A stretch of 43,398 bases of DNA from Comamonadaceae bacterium. GTDB taxonomy: Bacteria > Pseudomonadota > Gammaproteobacteria > Burkholderiales > Burkholderiaceae_C. The position numbers were made by a program, and so were the translations under genes. This document shows positions 29,584-39,652 of the stretch, one piece after another. Where the stretch lies: assembly GCA_947451205.1 (NCBI GenBank), contig CANFZL010000001.1:1-43398 (forward strand), in the 5' to 3' direction. A model generated the notes under the pieces. The model saw nothing but the letters and a program-made list of their open reading frames with translations. It did not search any database and had not been told where the DNA came from. How positions within the stretch are numbered: position 1 is the stretch's first letter; every line of letters starts with the position of its first letter.

Positions 29584-30500
29584 ACGAGGTAATGGTCTAC
29601 CAGCAAGGCGGCAAACAGCAAAGACAGGTGGATCAAGGAAAAACGGAAGGTTTTGCGCGCCAACGCGTCAGAATATTCGCGCAAAAGCCGCCAGGCATAC
29701 CAGCTGAAGCCGATGCTCAAAATCACGGCGGCTGCCAAATAAAACCAACCGCTCATGTGAAACACAAAAGGCATCAGGCAGGCGGCGAACAGCACCAGTG
29801 TGTAGAGAAAAATTTGCAATCGCGTGAACTCATTGCCGTGTGTCACAGGCAACATCGGCAGGCCCGACTTGCGGTATTCCTCCACGCGGTAAAGCGCCAG
29901 CGCCCAAAAGTGCGGCGGCGTCCACAAGAAGATGATGAGGAACAGAATTAGCGCTTCAGGCCCGACATTGCCCGTCATGGCCGACCAACCCAGCACCGGC
30001 GGCATGGCGCCAGAAGCACCGCCAATGACGATGTTTTGCGGCGTCAGGGGCTTCAAAATAACGGTGTAGACCACGGCATAACCGACAAAGGTGGCGAACG
30101 TCAGCCACATGGTCAAGGGGTTCACCCAGATGTACAAAATCAAGGAGCCCGCAGCGCACAGCAACGCCGAAAAACCCAGTGTCAAGGCGTTGTTCAGTTG
30201 CCCCTGCGCTGTTGGACGCCACGCAGTGCGCCGCATTTTCGAGTCGATCTGTTGCTCCACCAGACAGTTGAAGGCTGCCGCTGCGCCAGCCACCAGCCAG
30301 ATACCGGCGCAGGCGATCAAGGCCAGTTGCACGTCGGCTAGGCTCGGCACGCCAGGCACGGCCAAGACCATGCCAATGAGCGCGCAAAACACAATCAACT
30401 GCACCACGCGCGGCTTGGTCAACGCATAAAACTGCGCCCAGCGGGAGACTAAAAATGGCAGTGGCGCACTCGACGCTTGGGAAGGTTCAGTAGGATTCAT
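29580..30500 (-). CDS. cyoE: Protoheme IX farnesyltransferase (heme O synthase)
   Basis: [34 protein letters not shown]. Confidence 0.96.
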   Translation of the reverse strand: MNPTEPSQASSAPLPFLVSRWAQFYALTKPRVVQLIVFCALIGMVLAVPGVPSLADVQLALIACAGIWLVAGAAAAFNCLVEQQIDSKMRRTAWRPTAQGQLNNALTLGFSALLCAAGSLILYIWVNPLTMWLTFATFVGYAVVYTVILKPLTPQNIVIGGASGAMPPVLGWSAMTGNVGPEALILFLIIFLWTPPHFWALALYRVEEYRKSGLPMLPVTHGNEFTRLQIFLYTLVLFAACLMPFVFHMSGWFYLAAAVILSIGFSWYAWRLLREYSDALARKTFRFSLIHLSLLFAALLVDHYLV

Positions 30501-30519
30501 GCGGACATTCGTGAAGCGT

Positions 30520-31698
30520 TCAATTTTCGCGCAGAACTGGCCGGGAAGCGCGTCGGCAAGAAAACATAGCGCCGGTCATCACCACCACCAAGGCAGCAGC
30601 GCCACCGGTGTGCGAGACCGCTGCCAACAAGGGCCAGCCAAACACCACATTGCTGACGCCAGTGACGAGTTGCCACAGCACCAGCACCACGATCCAGTGG
30701 GCGTGCATGCGCATGCCCGGCGCCCGATACAGCTGGCGCGCCAACAGCAACAAGGCGGCAAACACCAGATAAGCCGACAGCCGGTGAGCGTAATGAATGG
30801 CGGTCAGCGCCTCAAAGGTAAAGTTAGTGTCGCCATGGCCCGCGCCGAGCTCACGCCAAAGCGTGAAGCCGAGTTGAAAATCCATCGCTGGCCACCACGA
30901 GCCTTGACAGGCCGGAAACGTGTTGCAGGCTAGCACGGCGTAATTCGTACTGACCCAGCCGCCAAGGGCAAGTTGCAGCCACAGCAGGACAAAACCCACC
31001 AGCAGCAACCACCAGGTGCTGCGCGGCACCGTCACCACCCGCACATCGCCGGCCGCCACAGCAAAACGTGCAGACTGCGCGCGCAACAACGCCAGCAAAA
31101 CCATGCCGCCCAGCAAATGCAGGGTGACGATAGCCGGAAAAAGTTTCATGGTTACCGTCAACGCGCCAAAAGCGCCTTGCAAGCACACCCACGCCAAAGT
31201 CAGCGTTGGCCACCACGGCTGCAACACATCCGAAGGACTGGCCTCGCCCGTCTTCATCAACGGTTCGCGCCGTGTTCGACTTTGCCAACGTGCCGCCCAA
31301 GTTACCGCGGTCAGCGTCAAAATCAACACGCCGACGCCGGTCGCCAAGTAGCGGTGAATCATCTCGATCCAGGCTTTCGGATGCGTCACCGGCCCGGTCG
31401 GCATCGCTGCTTGGGCTTGCGTGATGTCGGCGTGTGCGCCCAGCGGGCTGGCATTGCCATAACAACCCGGCCAGTCTGGACAACCAAGGCCAGAATCTGT
31501 CAGGCGCGTGAAAGCGCCAAACAGCACCAGATCAAAGGTTAAAAACAGAGTGACCAGCGTCAGCATGCGCAGCCGATGTGGCAACGGTGCCTTGCGGCTG
31601 CGCAGCCAGACCCACGCCAGCGGACCGAGCGCCACTGTCAGGCCCATGAGCATCAGGCGAATGGCTGGGCTGAGGTCGTAAAGCGCTTGTTCCGTCAC
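30520..31698 (-). CDS. ctaA: Heme A synthase (COX15/CtaA)
   Basis: [39 protein letters not shown]. Confidence 0.93.
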   Translation of the reverse strand: MTEQALYDLSPAIRLMLMGLTVALGPLAWVWLRSRKAPLPHRLRMLTLVTLFLTFDLVLFGAFTRLTDSGLGCPDWPGCYGNASPLGAHADITQAQAAMPTGPVTHPKAWIEMIHRYLATGVGVLILTLTAVTWAARWQSRTRREPLMKTGEASPSDVLQPWWPTLTLAWVCLQGAFGALTVTMKLFPAIVTLHLLGGMVLLALLRAQSARFAVAAGDVRVVTVPRSTWWLLLVGFVLLWLQLALGGWVSTNYAVLACNTFPACQGSWWPAMDFQLGFTLWRELGAGHGDTNFTFEALTAIHYAHRLSAYLVFAALLLLARQLYRAPGMRMHAHWIVVLVLWQLVTGVSNVVFGWPLLAAVSHTGGAAALVVVMTGAMFSCRRASRPVLREN

Positions 31699-32405
31699 GG
31701 ACGGCCTTCATTGTCCCAACTGCTCGAAGCGCGCAGCAGGCGTTCAAGGTCGCTCTTGGCTTTGGCTGCGCCGGCAGCATCCATAGCCGCTGGAAAACGC
31801 ATCATCCAATTGCCCATAGGATCGACCAAGTACAAATGGTCGGCGAGACGTTGGCCGGGCGCCGCTACCAACCATTGCGACAGATCACCGGGGCTGACAC
31901 GCAGCACCGTCGCGTCTTTCAGCGCGGGGGCCAACGCCGCCGGAATCGGTGCGTCATCGTTGACCAGCCAGACCCAATCGAGTCGGTCTTTTTCACGCCC
32001 CAAAGACTCACGCAACTGACGTTGAAAGTACAGGTTCTGCTGACACCCCGCATCGCAGGCACCACTGGCCACGCTGATCAGCAACCATTGATCTTTCAGC
32101 GACTTCAAAGGCAACACCGCACCGCTGGGCGTCGTCACATTGAAAGCAGGCAAAGGTCTTTGTGGCGTGATGAGCTCACCATAGTTGCGTCTACCCTCAG
32201 GCCGAACCACGTAATACATAAAGTAAGACGCGATGACGGGCGCTGCGCATACGAGCAAGATGATCAACATCTTCAAGCGCCCGTTGGCATGGACGGGGGC
32301 GGCTTGGTCGACTCTTGGCAGTTCGTGCACAGTAAGGCCCAGCGGCTGATCCTGATCTGGAAGGCTCTGCACTGTGGTTCGTGGTGAAGGCGGCTCAATG
32401 GACAT
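31695..32405 (-). CDS. Conserved cox-cluster membrane protein (SCO/thioredoxin-like periplasmic domain)
   Basis: One TM segment, NYGELI, CDAGC, YLVDPMGNWMMRF; sits between surf1 and ctaA. Confidence 0.8.
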   Translation of the reverse strand: MSIEPPSPRTTVQSLPDQDQPLGLTVHELPRVDQAAPVHANGRLKMLIILLVCAAPVIASYFMYYVVRPEGRRNYGELITPQRPLPAFNVTTPSGAVLPLKSLKDQWLLISVASGACDAGCQQNLYFQRQLRESLGREKDRLDWVWLVNDDAPIPAALAPALKDATVLRVSPGDLSQWLVAAPGQRLADHLYLVDPMGNWMMRFPAAMDAAGAAKAKSDLERLLRASSSWDNEGRP

Positions 32406-32414
32406 GGCGAATCA

Positions 32415-33170
32415 TCAGACTTTATTGTTGAATGGAGGCATCAACCGGCGTTGCCGGTAGGGTGATATCAACTGAAACCAGACGTACAAACCGCTCACCA
32501 AAGCACACAACCCAAACCATTGGAAGGCGTAGCCATAGTGCTTGTCGACGCCTGTGTTGGGTGCGGCCCAATCACGCTGCAGCCCTTCACTGGCGGGATC
32601 GACTTGAATCACCAAAGCAGGGATCAACGGCAAGCCGGTTTCAGCAGCAAAAACGGCAATGTCGAGATTTTGCCGGATGCGGCCGGCATCAGCGCCTTTG
32701 AAGGCATATAACTTGGCAGGAGCGGGGGCCATTCGTCCCAGCAGCGTGACGGTTTGTTCAGGCGTTTCAATCTGAACCAGAGCCGTACGGTCTTCGAAAT
32801 TACGCGGAATCCAGCCGCGCTGTACCAACACGGCCTTGTCCGATCCGCTCAGGACTAAGGGGGTCATGACCCAAAAACCAGGCTTTGCATTCATGGGGCG
32901 GTTGTCGAGGTAAACCGACTTTTCGGACAGCCAGTGACCAGAGAGCTCAATTCTTCGATCAACCAACTTTTCAGCATCCTGAGTCACAGCAACAATGTCT
33001 GCATTGACCAATGGCGGCAAGGCCTTTTTTTGGTCGAGAGAGGCTTGTAGCGCGATTTTTTGTGCAGCACGGCTCAGTTGCCACTGGCCGAGCGAAAAGG
33101 TCAGCGCTGCCGTCAGCAACGCGGCCACGGTAACGACCCAGAACCGGCCCGAATGTTCGGATGCTCTCAT
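32415..33170 (-). CDS. SURF1 family cytochrome oxidase assembly protein
   Basis: LGQWQLSRA..K, V.TPL, VLVQRGWIP, HYGYAFQWF; start ATG 33170. Confidence 0.93.
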   Translation of the reverse strand: MRASEHSGRFWVVTVAALLTAALTFSLGQWQLSRAAQKIALQASLDQKKALPPLVNADIVAVTQDAEKLVDRRIELSGHWLSEKSVYLDNRPMNAKPGFWVMTPLVLSGSDKAVLVQRGWIPRNFEDRTALVQIETPEQTVTLLGRMAPAPAKLYAFKGADAGRIRQNLDIAVFAAETGLPLIPALVIQVDPASEGLQRDWAAPNTGVDKHYGYAFQWFGLCALVSGLYVWFQLISPYRQRRLMPPFNNKV

Positions 33171-33188
33171 GGGCGGATAATCAGGCAT

Positions 33189-33410
33189 ATGTCGTATCTC
33201 ATTGCATTCGCTTTTCTCGCTATTTTGGGCAGCTTGGCCAGCGCCCTTTACTTCATGATGAAGGACGGTACTGACGGCAAAGCCAAGACCAGCCACATGG
33301 CACGCGCACTGGCGATTCGCGTCGGTTTGTCCGTTCTGCTGTTCCTCTGCATCTTGCTGGCATGGAAGCTCGGCTTCATCCAGCCGACCGGGCTTCCATC
33401 CGTTAGCTGA
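33189..33410 (+). CDS. Twin transmembrane helix small protein (HIG1/DUF2909-like)
   Basis: MSYLIAFAFLAILGSLASALYFMMKD...MARALAIRVGLS...GFIQPTG; divergent small gene typical of cox clusters. Confidence 0.88.
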   Translation: MSYLIAFAFLAILGSLASALYFMMKDGTDGKAKTSHMARALAIRVGLSVLLFLCILLAWKLGFIQPTGLPSVS

Positions 33411-33443
33411 GTTAAAACTCTTTGTCAGCAACCGCCTTTGGGC

Positions 33444-33477
33444 ATCGAAAAAGGCCGCAATTGCGGCCTTTTTCGAT
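33444..33477. terminator. Bidirectional intrinsic terminator
   Basis: ATCGAAAAAGGCCGC-AATT-GCGGCCTTTTTCGAT between convergent genes. Confidence 0.88.
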
Positions 33478-33541
33478 AGGTTCGGTGCAGCTTGAGTTCG
33501 CCGGTGAAAACGCCGACCAGCAGCGTCCCACTGAGGACAAC

Positions 33542-34423
33542 TCAGAGCCAGTAAACCAAGATGTAAAGGCCGAGCCACACCACGTCAACAAAGTGCCAGT
33601 ACCAAGCAGCACCTTCAAAACCAAAATGACTCTCAGCCGTGAAATGACCTTTGCCCAGACGCAGGGTGATGAACAACAGCATCAACATGCCAACAAACAC
33701 GTGGAAACCGTGAAAGCCCGTGAGCATATAGAAGGTAGAACCGTAAATACCGGACGTCATCTTCAAGTTGAGTTCGTTGTACAGGTGAGCATATTCGTAG
33801 CCCTGCACAAACAAGAAAAGGACGCCCAGCAGCACAGTGGCCCACATGAAACCGATGGTCCGTGCACGGTTGCCATCACGCAATGCGTGGTGCGCAATGG
33901 TCAAGGTCACACCGGAGCTGAGCAGCAATGCGGTGTTGATGGTCGGCAACCAGAAAGGCCCAACCGTGGAGAAGGGCTCGATGATGCCGGCGGGTGAAGC
34001 TGTCACACCGGCTGCCATGCTGGGCCAGACTGCTTTGAAGTCAGGCCAGAGCAACGCGTTTTCAAGGCCGCCCAGCGTCGGGACGGAATGCGCACGAGCC
34101 CACCACAAAGCTGTGAAGAAGGCACCGAAAAACATCACTTCAGAGAAGATGAACCAGCTCATGCTCCAGCGATAAGACATGTCGATCTTGCGACCGTACA
34201 TACCGCCTTCGCTTTCGCGCATGGCTTCACTGAACCATTGATACAACACCGTCAGCCAAAATACCAATCCGAAGGCTAGGGAGTAAGCCCCCCAACCGGC
34301 GCCATTGACCCACTGCCCGGCACCCAGAATCACGAAAAAAAGGCCCAAGGCGGCCATGGCGGGATGACGGGATGGGCCCGGCACGAAGTAGTAAGGGGTG
34401 GACCCGTGTGCTGCTGAAGACAT
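33542..34423 (-). CDS. ctaE: Cytochrome c oxidase subunit III
   Basis: WFIFSEVMFF, NT.LLLSSG, TGFHGFHV, WYWHFVDVVWL. Confidence 0.97.
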   Translation of the reverse strand: MSSAAHGSTPYYFVPGPSRHPAMAALGLFFVILGAGQWVNGAGWGAYSLAFGLVFWLTVLYQWFSEAMRESEGGMYGRKIDMSYRWSMSWFIFSEVMFFGAFFTALWWARAHSVPTLGGLENALLWPDFKAVWPSMAAGVTASPAGIIEPFSTVGPFWLPTINTALLLSSGVTLTIAHHALRDGNRARTIGFMWATVLLGVLFLFVQGYEYAHLYNELNLKMTSGIYGSTFYMLTGFHGFHVFVGMLMLLFITLRLGKGHFTAESHFGFEGAAWYWHFVDVVWLGLYILVYWL

Positions 34424-34525
34424 CTCTATTCCTCTGTTATCTCTGAATGCTCGAAACTTTTGAAAACTCTTGTGGCCCCGCTATGCCTTTCAACGGGAAC
34501 CATTATTTGAACCACTGACGTCGGC

Positions 34526-34729
34526 CTACGTTGGAACTACCCATTTGACGAGCAAGACCAACGCACCCACAAACATAAAAACAAGAACCAGACCAACTGC
34601 AATCACATGCAAAGGATTCAGCTTTTTGACGCCTTGTTCGGCATCGGTGCTACCGCGCAAACCAATGAACGACCAAGCCACTGCCTTCACAGTGCGCAAG
34701 ACCGTCAATGCTGCTGAGCCAATGCTCAT
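34526..34729 (-). CDS. DUF2970-like small membrane protein
   Basis: TVKAVAWSFIGLR...LNPLHVIAVG; position between ctaG and cox3. Confidence 0.85.
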   Translation of the reverse strand: MSIGSAALTVLRTVKAVAWSFIGLRGSTDAEQGVKKLNPLHVIAVGLVLVFMFVGALVLLVKWVVPT

Positions 34730-35358
34730 AGTCCCACGACCGCAGGTTCATGAACAGTCACGGCTGCCACAGGCTTTAATGCTGACTTATCTTGGAATCC
34801 CGCTGGCGCAGCGGGCGTTCTGCCACCGACTTCAAAGAAGGTGTACGACAGTGTGATAGTTGTCACGTCTTTGGGCAGCTTGGTGTCAATCACAAAGGCC
34901 ACAGGCCATTGTTTTTTCTCACCAGGCGCCAAGGTGTATTGATTGAAGCAGAAACACTCCAACTTGTTGAAATGCGCAGCTGACTGACGTGGTGCGTAGC
35001 TCGGAATTGCCTGCGCTGACATGGTCCGGTTTTGCACGTTTTGAAACTCGTACATGACCGTGGTGAGTTCGCCCGGGTGAACCTGCACACTTCTCATGGC
35101 CGGCTTGAAGTGCCAAGGGCCGCGAGAGTTGGCGTCAAACTCGACAGTGATACTGCGCGTCTTGTCAACCTGCGTGTTGGCAGCTTGTGATGACGTGGCC
35201 CCCGGAATCTGCTTGTCGCTCAAGGCCAGGATGTTGATCCCGGTCATCTCGCAAATGGCGTTATAAAGGGGCACCAGCGCATAACCGAAAGCGAACATGC
35301 CGAGCACGATGACGCCCAGCTTGCCCAGCATTTTCGAGTTTTCGCGTGTGTTGGCCAT
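34726..35358 (-). CDS. ctaG: Cytochrome c oxidase assembly protein CtaG/Cox11
   Basis: FGYALVPLY..IC..TG, KLECFCF copper motif, TLSYTFF. Confidence 0.96.
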   Translation of the reverse strand: MANTRENSKMLGKLGVIVLGMFAFGYALVPLYNAICEMTGINILALSDKQIPGATSSQAANTQVDKTRSITVEFDANSRGPWHFKPAMRSVQVHPGELTTVMYEFQNVQNRTMSAQAIPSYAPRQSAAHFNKLECFCFNQYTLAPGEKKQWPVAFVIDTKLPKDVTTITLSYTFFEVGGRTPAAPAGFQDKSALKPVAAVTVHEPAVVGL

Positions 35359-35369
35359 GGCGTTCGACT

Positions 35370-35483
35370 TCAGACGTGACCGAGCATGACAGAGCGCGCC
35401 ATGAAGCCGACGAAAAACACGAGCGCGACCGTTGCCAAGATCAGACCCAAGCGACGGTTGTTCTTTTTTTGTTCCGGTGTCAT
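35370..35483 (-). CDS. Small (37 aa) single-TM cytochrome oxidase-associated protein
   Basis: Below the ORF-track cutoff; hand translation MTPEQKKNNRRLGLILATVALVFFVGFMARSVMLGHV*; fills the gap between cox1 and ctaG. Confidence 0.8.
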   Translation of the reverse strand: MTPEQKKNNRRLGLILATVALVFFVGFMARSVMLGHV

Positions 35484-35511
35484 GATTTATTACGATTGCG
35501 TGAATCAGCGA

Positions 35512-37128
35512 TCAGCCGATCACCTTGTTAGCAGCGGCATTCAGCTTAGGCGGGGTCTCGAAAGTATGGAAAGGTGCTGGTGAAGGCACTTCCCACTCCA
35601 AGCCTTCTGCGCCTTCCCAAGGGCTGGCAACAGCTTTAGGGCCGATGCCGCGCATGGCAGGAATCGCGACGAACAAGAAGAAGTACACCTGCGCCAAACC
35701 GAAGAACAAAGCGCCCACACTGGCCAAGGCATTAAAGTCAGCGAACTGCATCGGGTAGTCAGCGTAGCGACGTGGCATACCGGCCAGACCCAAAAAGTGC
35801 ATTGGGAAAAACGTGACGTTGAAAGAGATCAGCGACCACCAAAAGTGGATTTTGCCGCGGGATTCGTTGTACATCACGCCGGTCCACTTAGGGCACCAGT
35901 AATAGAAGCCGGCAAACATGGCGTACAGGGAACCCGCCACCAACACATAGTGGAAGTGAGCCACCACGTAGTAAGTGTCTTGTAGTTGGATGTCAATCGG
36001 GGCGACCGAGAGAATCAGACCGGTGAAACCACCCATGGTGAAGACGAATAGAAAGCCGACCGCAAACAGCATTGGCGTCTCAAACGTCATGGAACCCTTC
36101 CACATGGTGGCGATCCAGTTGAAGACCTTCACACCGGTAGGAATGGCGATCAACATGGTCGAGTACATGAAGAACAACTGCCCGGTCACCGGCATGCCGG
36201 TGGTGAACATGTGGTGAGCCCAAACGACAAAGCTCAAAATAGCGATCGAGCCTGTTGCGTAAACCATCGACGCATAACCAAACAGACGCTTACGTGCGAA
36301 AGCCGGAATGATGTGGCTGACGATGCCGAAGGCCGGCAAGATCATGATGTAAACCTCGGGGTGACCAAAGAACCAGAAAATGTGCTGATACATCACTGGG
36401 TCGCCGCCGCCGGCTGGGTTGAAGAAGCTGGTGCCGAAGTGGCGGTCCGTCAGCGTCATGGTGATGGCACCGGCCAACACCGGCATGACGGCGATCAAGA
36501 GATAAGCGGTGATCAGCCATGTCCAGCAGAACATCGGCATCTTCATCAGCGTCATGCCGGGTGCGCGCATGTTCAGAATAGTGACGATGATGTTGATCGA
36601 GCCCATGATGGACGAAGCACCCAACAAGTGCATGGCAAAAATGCCGGCGTCCATCGAAGGACCCATCTGCAAGGTCAGCGGTGCGTAAAGCGTCCAGCCG
36701 GCTGCGGGAGCGCCACCCGGCATGAAGAAAGACAACATCAAGGTCAGGCCAGCTGGAATCATCAGCCAAAAGCTGAAGTTGTTCATGCGGGCAAAAGCCA
36801 TGTCAGAAGCGCCGATTTGCAATGGAATCATCCAGTTCGCAAAGCCGACGAAGGCCGGCATGATGGCACCAAACACCATGATCAGGCCGTGCATGGTGGT
36901 GAGTTGATTGAACAGTTCCGGGTTCACCAATTGCAAGCCTGGCTGATACAGCTCAGCCCGAATCAGCATGGCCAACACGCCGCCAACCATCAACATCGTG
37001 AAGGCGAACAGCAAATACAGCGTACCAATGTCTTTGTGGTTGGTCGCATAAACCCAGCGGCGCCAGCCCGTCGGGGCGTGATGCTCGTGGTCATGAGCAT
37101 GATCGTGATGGTCTAGAACTGCACTCAT
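35512..37128 (-). CDS. ctaD: Cytochrome c oxidase subunit I (A1 type)
   Basis: TNHKDIG, GHPEVY, WAHH, AHFHYV, GMPRRY. Confidence 0.98.
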   Translation of the reverse strand: MSAVLDHHDHAHDHEHHAPTGWRRWVYATNHKDIGTLYLLFAFTMLMVGGVLAMLIRAELYQPGLQLVNPELFNQLTTMHGLIMVFGAIMPAFVGFANWMIPLQIGASDMAFARMNNFSFWLMIPAGLTLMLSFFMPGGAPAAGWTLYAPLTLQMGPSMDAGIFAMHLLGASSIMGSINIIVTILNMRAPGMTLMKMPMFCWTWLITAYLLIAVMPVLAGAITMTLTDRHFGTSFFNPAGGGDPVMYQHIFWFFGHPEVYIMILPAFGIVSHIIPAFARKRLFGYASMVYATGSIAILSFVVWAHHMFTTGMPVTGQLFFMYSTMLIAIPTGVKVFNWIATMWKGSMTFETPMLFAVGFLFVFTMGGFTGLILSVAPIDIQLQDTYYVVAHFHYVLVAGSLYAMFAGFYYWCPKWTGVMYNESRGKIHFWWSLISFNVTFFPMHFLGLAGMPRRYADYPMQFADFNALASVGALFFGLAQVYFFLFVAIPAMRGIGPKAVASPWEGAEGLEWEVPSPAPFHTFETPPKLNAAANKVIG

Positions 37129-37211
37129 CTGACTTCCTTTGATAGCTTAACTGGGCTTGAACCGGATGATCCGGCTACTGATGATGGGGAGCGAATACGT
37201 GAAATACCTGA

Positions 37212-38474
37212 TTACTTGCGAGCAGCCATAACCTCTGAGGGCTGGATGATCTGACCGGTCTTGTTCGACCAGTTGTTCTTAGTGAAGGTAGCCACCGCGG
37301 CAAGCTCGGTGTCGCTGAGTGCTTTCCACGACGGCATCGCACCGTTGTTTGCGCCATTGAGCAAAATGCTGATCTGCTTGAGATGATCTTCGTTCAACAC
37401 GATGGCCGAGCCGTCGAGCGGCTTGATCGGGCCAGCACCCTTGCCGTTGGCTTGGTGGCAAGCGGCGCAATTCGCTGCGTAGACCTTTTCGCCGCGTGCG
37501 ATCAAATCTGTTTGAGTCCAGACTTTGGTCGGGTCGTCTGCCTTCGCTGCGACTTCCTTGAGCTTGGCACCGGCCCATGCGGTGTATTCCTCAGCGGTCA
37601 CCACTTTGACGTGGATTGGCATGTAAGCGTGCTCTTTGCCGCACAATTCTTGGCACTGACCATAAAAGTCACCGGTTTTTTCAGCACGAAACCAGGTGTC
37701 GCGAACAAAGCCTGGAATCGCATCTTGCTTGATACCGAAAGCCGGCACTGCAAAGGCGTGAATCACGTCGTTGGCGGTGGTGATGATGCGGATTTTTTGG
37801 TTCACAGGGACGACCAAAGGGTTGTCCACTTTGAGCAAGTAATTATCGATTTCTTCGCCCTTTTTGGGGCCGCCATCGTTTGACATCTGGCGTTGAGCAG
37901 AGTCGAGGGTGGAGACGAAGCCAATGCCGGCGCCCTCTCCATTGATGTAGTCGTAGCCCCATTTCCACTGGATACCTGTGGCCTTGATCGTCAGGTCGGC
38001 GTTGGTGGTGTCTTTGGAGGCAACCAACACTTTCGTGGCAGGCAGAGCCATGCCGATGACGATCAGGAACGGGATCACCGTCCAAGCAATCTCAACAGTG
38101 GTGGACTCGTGAAAGTTGGCTGCTTTGTGACCGACCGACTTGCGGTGCTTCCAGATGGAATAAAACATGACGCCAAATACCGCCAAGAAGATCACCGTGC
38201 AGACGATCATCATGAACCAATGCAGCCAGATTTGCTCGGCGGCGATGCGGGTCACAGGCGTCGGCAAGTTCAGCTGGTTGACGCCGGGTCCGCCTGGCAA
38301 ATCTTTCACTTGAGCGATGGCGTTGCGGCTCAAAGAAAGGACGGAAAACAGCACGGCGGCTGTGCTGCTGGCTTTGCAAAACACGGCCAACGGAGCCTTT
38401 TTCAACGACTCCAAAATCGCCCTTGCGTGTGTCATGCCAGACCTTGTGGTTTTGCTTGCGTTCATCGTCATCAC
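37212..38474 (-). CDS. coxB: Cytochrome c oxidase subunit II with C-terminal cytochrome c domain
   Basis: DVIH, CuA motif CQELCGKEHAYM, heme c CAACH...MP. GTG start approximate. Confidence 0.96.
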   Translation of the reverse strand: MMTMNASKTTRSGMTHARAILESLKKAPLAVFCKASSTAAVLFSVLSLSRNAIAQVKDLPGGPGVNQLNLPTPVTRIAAEQIWLHWFMMIVCTVIFLAVFGVMFYSIWKHRKSVGHKAANFHESTTVEIAWTVIPFLIVIGMALPATKVLVASKDTTNADLTIKATGIQWKWGYDYINGEGAGIGFVSTLDSAQRQMSNDGGPKKGEEIDNYLLKVDNPLVVPVNQKIRIITTANDVIHAFAVPAFGIKQDAIPGFVRDTWFRAEKTGDFYGQCQELCGKEHAYMPIHVKVVTAEEYTAWAGAKLKEVAAKADDPTKVWTQTDLIARGEKVYAANCAACHQANGKGAGPIKPLDGSAIVLNEDHLKQISILLNGANNGAMPSWKALSDTELAAVATFTKNNWSNKTGQIIQPSEVMAARK

Positions 38475-38616
38475 TTTTATGGATTCAATTACGGACTAAT
38501 TTAACTGCGCGATTATAAAGTTACGCCAGCCTGCCAATTCCAACAGATCAGCCAGAAGCAAGAATTTGACGTTTTTATGCCTCCCATGCTGAGTGGCGTG
38601 AATGTCAAAGACTCAT

Positions 38617-39540
38617 TCAAAACCGGTCAGAAGGCCCACGCTGGCCCTGCAACATGCTGCGCATATCCTCGACCGAGACAGCGCTAAGGGCCGACATTTT
38701 GACTTTCGGTCTGGCTTTCAGTGCATGACCATAGATCACCTCAAATGTCAGCATCAGACGCCCATCAGCCCCACGCGGCAGGCGATCGATGATCAGTTGC
38801 TCAAGCTTGGCCTTCCACTGCCGTCCCCGCAAAGCGTCGAAACGTTGAGGGTGAAAGTTGCGGCCGAGTTCAGTCAGCTCTTGCAGCAGCCGTGCCGGCG
38901 TTTCATAAGTCAGCGTGATGCGCTCCATGTCCATCACGGGTTCTGCAAAGCCGGTTTGCACCAGCATGTCACCCCAGTCGTGCATATCGGTCAGCTGGTG
39001 ACCGGCTGGTGGCCAACCCAAGGCCTCGTACAAATCGCGCACCTCACGCGCGGTATCCGGCCCAAGACTGGAAAACATGACGAAACCATCGACTGCCAAT
39101 AATCGGTGCCACGTCGCCAGCAGCGTTTGTGGGTCAGCCGATTCATGCAGCGCCATGTTGGCCCAGAGCATCTCAACGGTCCCTGCTATGGGCGAGTCAA
39201 AGCGTGTGACCGACGCAGCACCGGAGATGATTTGAAGCATTTTCTTCCACCAAGGAGGTACCAGCGCTTTGATAGCCAAGGCCTTTCTCCGTTCAGTGGT
39301 TTCGATAACATGACTTTGGGCGCTTGCATATTGCTTGAGGAGCGCTGCATGGGCTTGCAAGCCACCGCGAACTGCGCCCCAATTCGCCCAAACGGCCGGT
39401 TGTAGTTTGATCCATTGCAGCCTGTCCAGCATTCGCTGCGCCACCTCCTCATGCAACCATGGCGTGACCCCTGGTGCCATGCGCTGCCAACGCTCGACAG
39501 CAATGGGGTCTAACGTTGGCGGGCGTTCGGTAGAGCTCAT
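38617..39540 (-). CDS. BioC/NDUFAF5-like methyltransferase-fold protein
   Basis: WLHEEVAQRMLDRL, WANMALH, FSSLGPDT, DMHDWGDML...GFAEPVMD, LTFEVIYGHA; divergent from comF. Confidence 0.82.
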   Translation of the reverse strand: MSSTERPPTLDPIAVERWQRMAPGVTPWLHEEVAQRMLDRLQWIKLQPAVWANWGAVRGGLQAHAALLKQYASAQSHVIETTERRKALAIKALVPPWWKKMLQIISGAASVTRFDSPIAGTVEMLWANMALHESADPQTLLATWHRLLAVDGFVMFSSLGPDTAREVRDLYEALGWPPAGHQLTDMHDWGDMLVQTGFAEPVMDMERITLTYETPARLLQELTELGRNFHPQRFDALRGRQWKAKLEQLIIDRLPRGADGRLMLTFEVIYGHALKARPKVKMSALSAVSVEDMRSMLQGQRGPSDRF

Positions 39541-39652
39541 AAGGACATTGAAAGTGAGGACAAAAAAAAGAAATCAGGAATTTTGGCTTCATCAATAAGC
39601 CGCTATCGCTGCACATGATGCTTTTTCTCCAACTGACGAGTATATTGACCTG

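Noticed and set aside
33171-33578. SURF1 N-terminal extension
   Set aside because: Crosses the twin-TM gene and a terminator; SURF1 features start at 33170.
36211-37116. 301-aa plus-strand ORF
   Set aside because: Antisense shadow of cox1.
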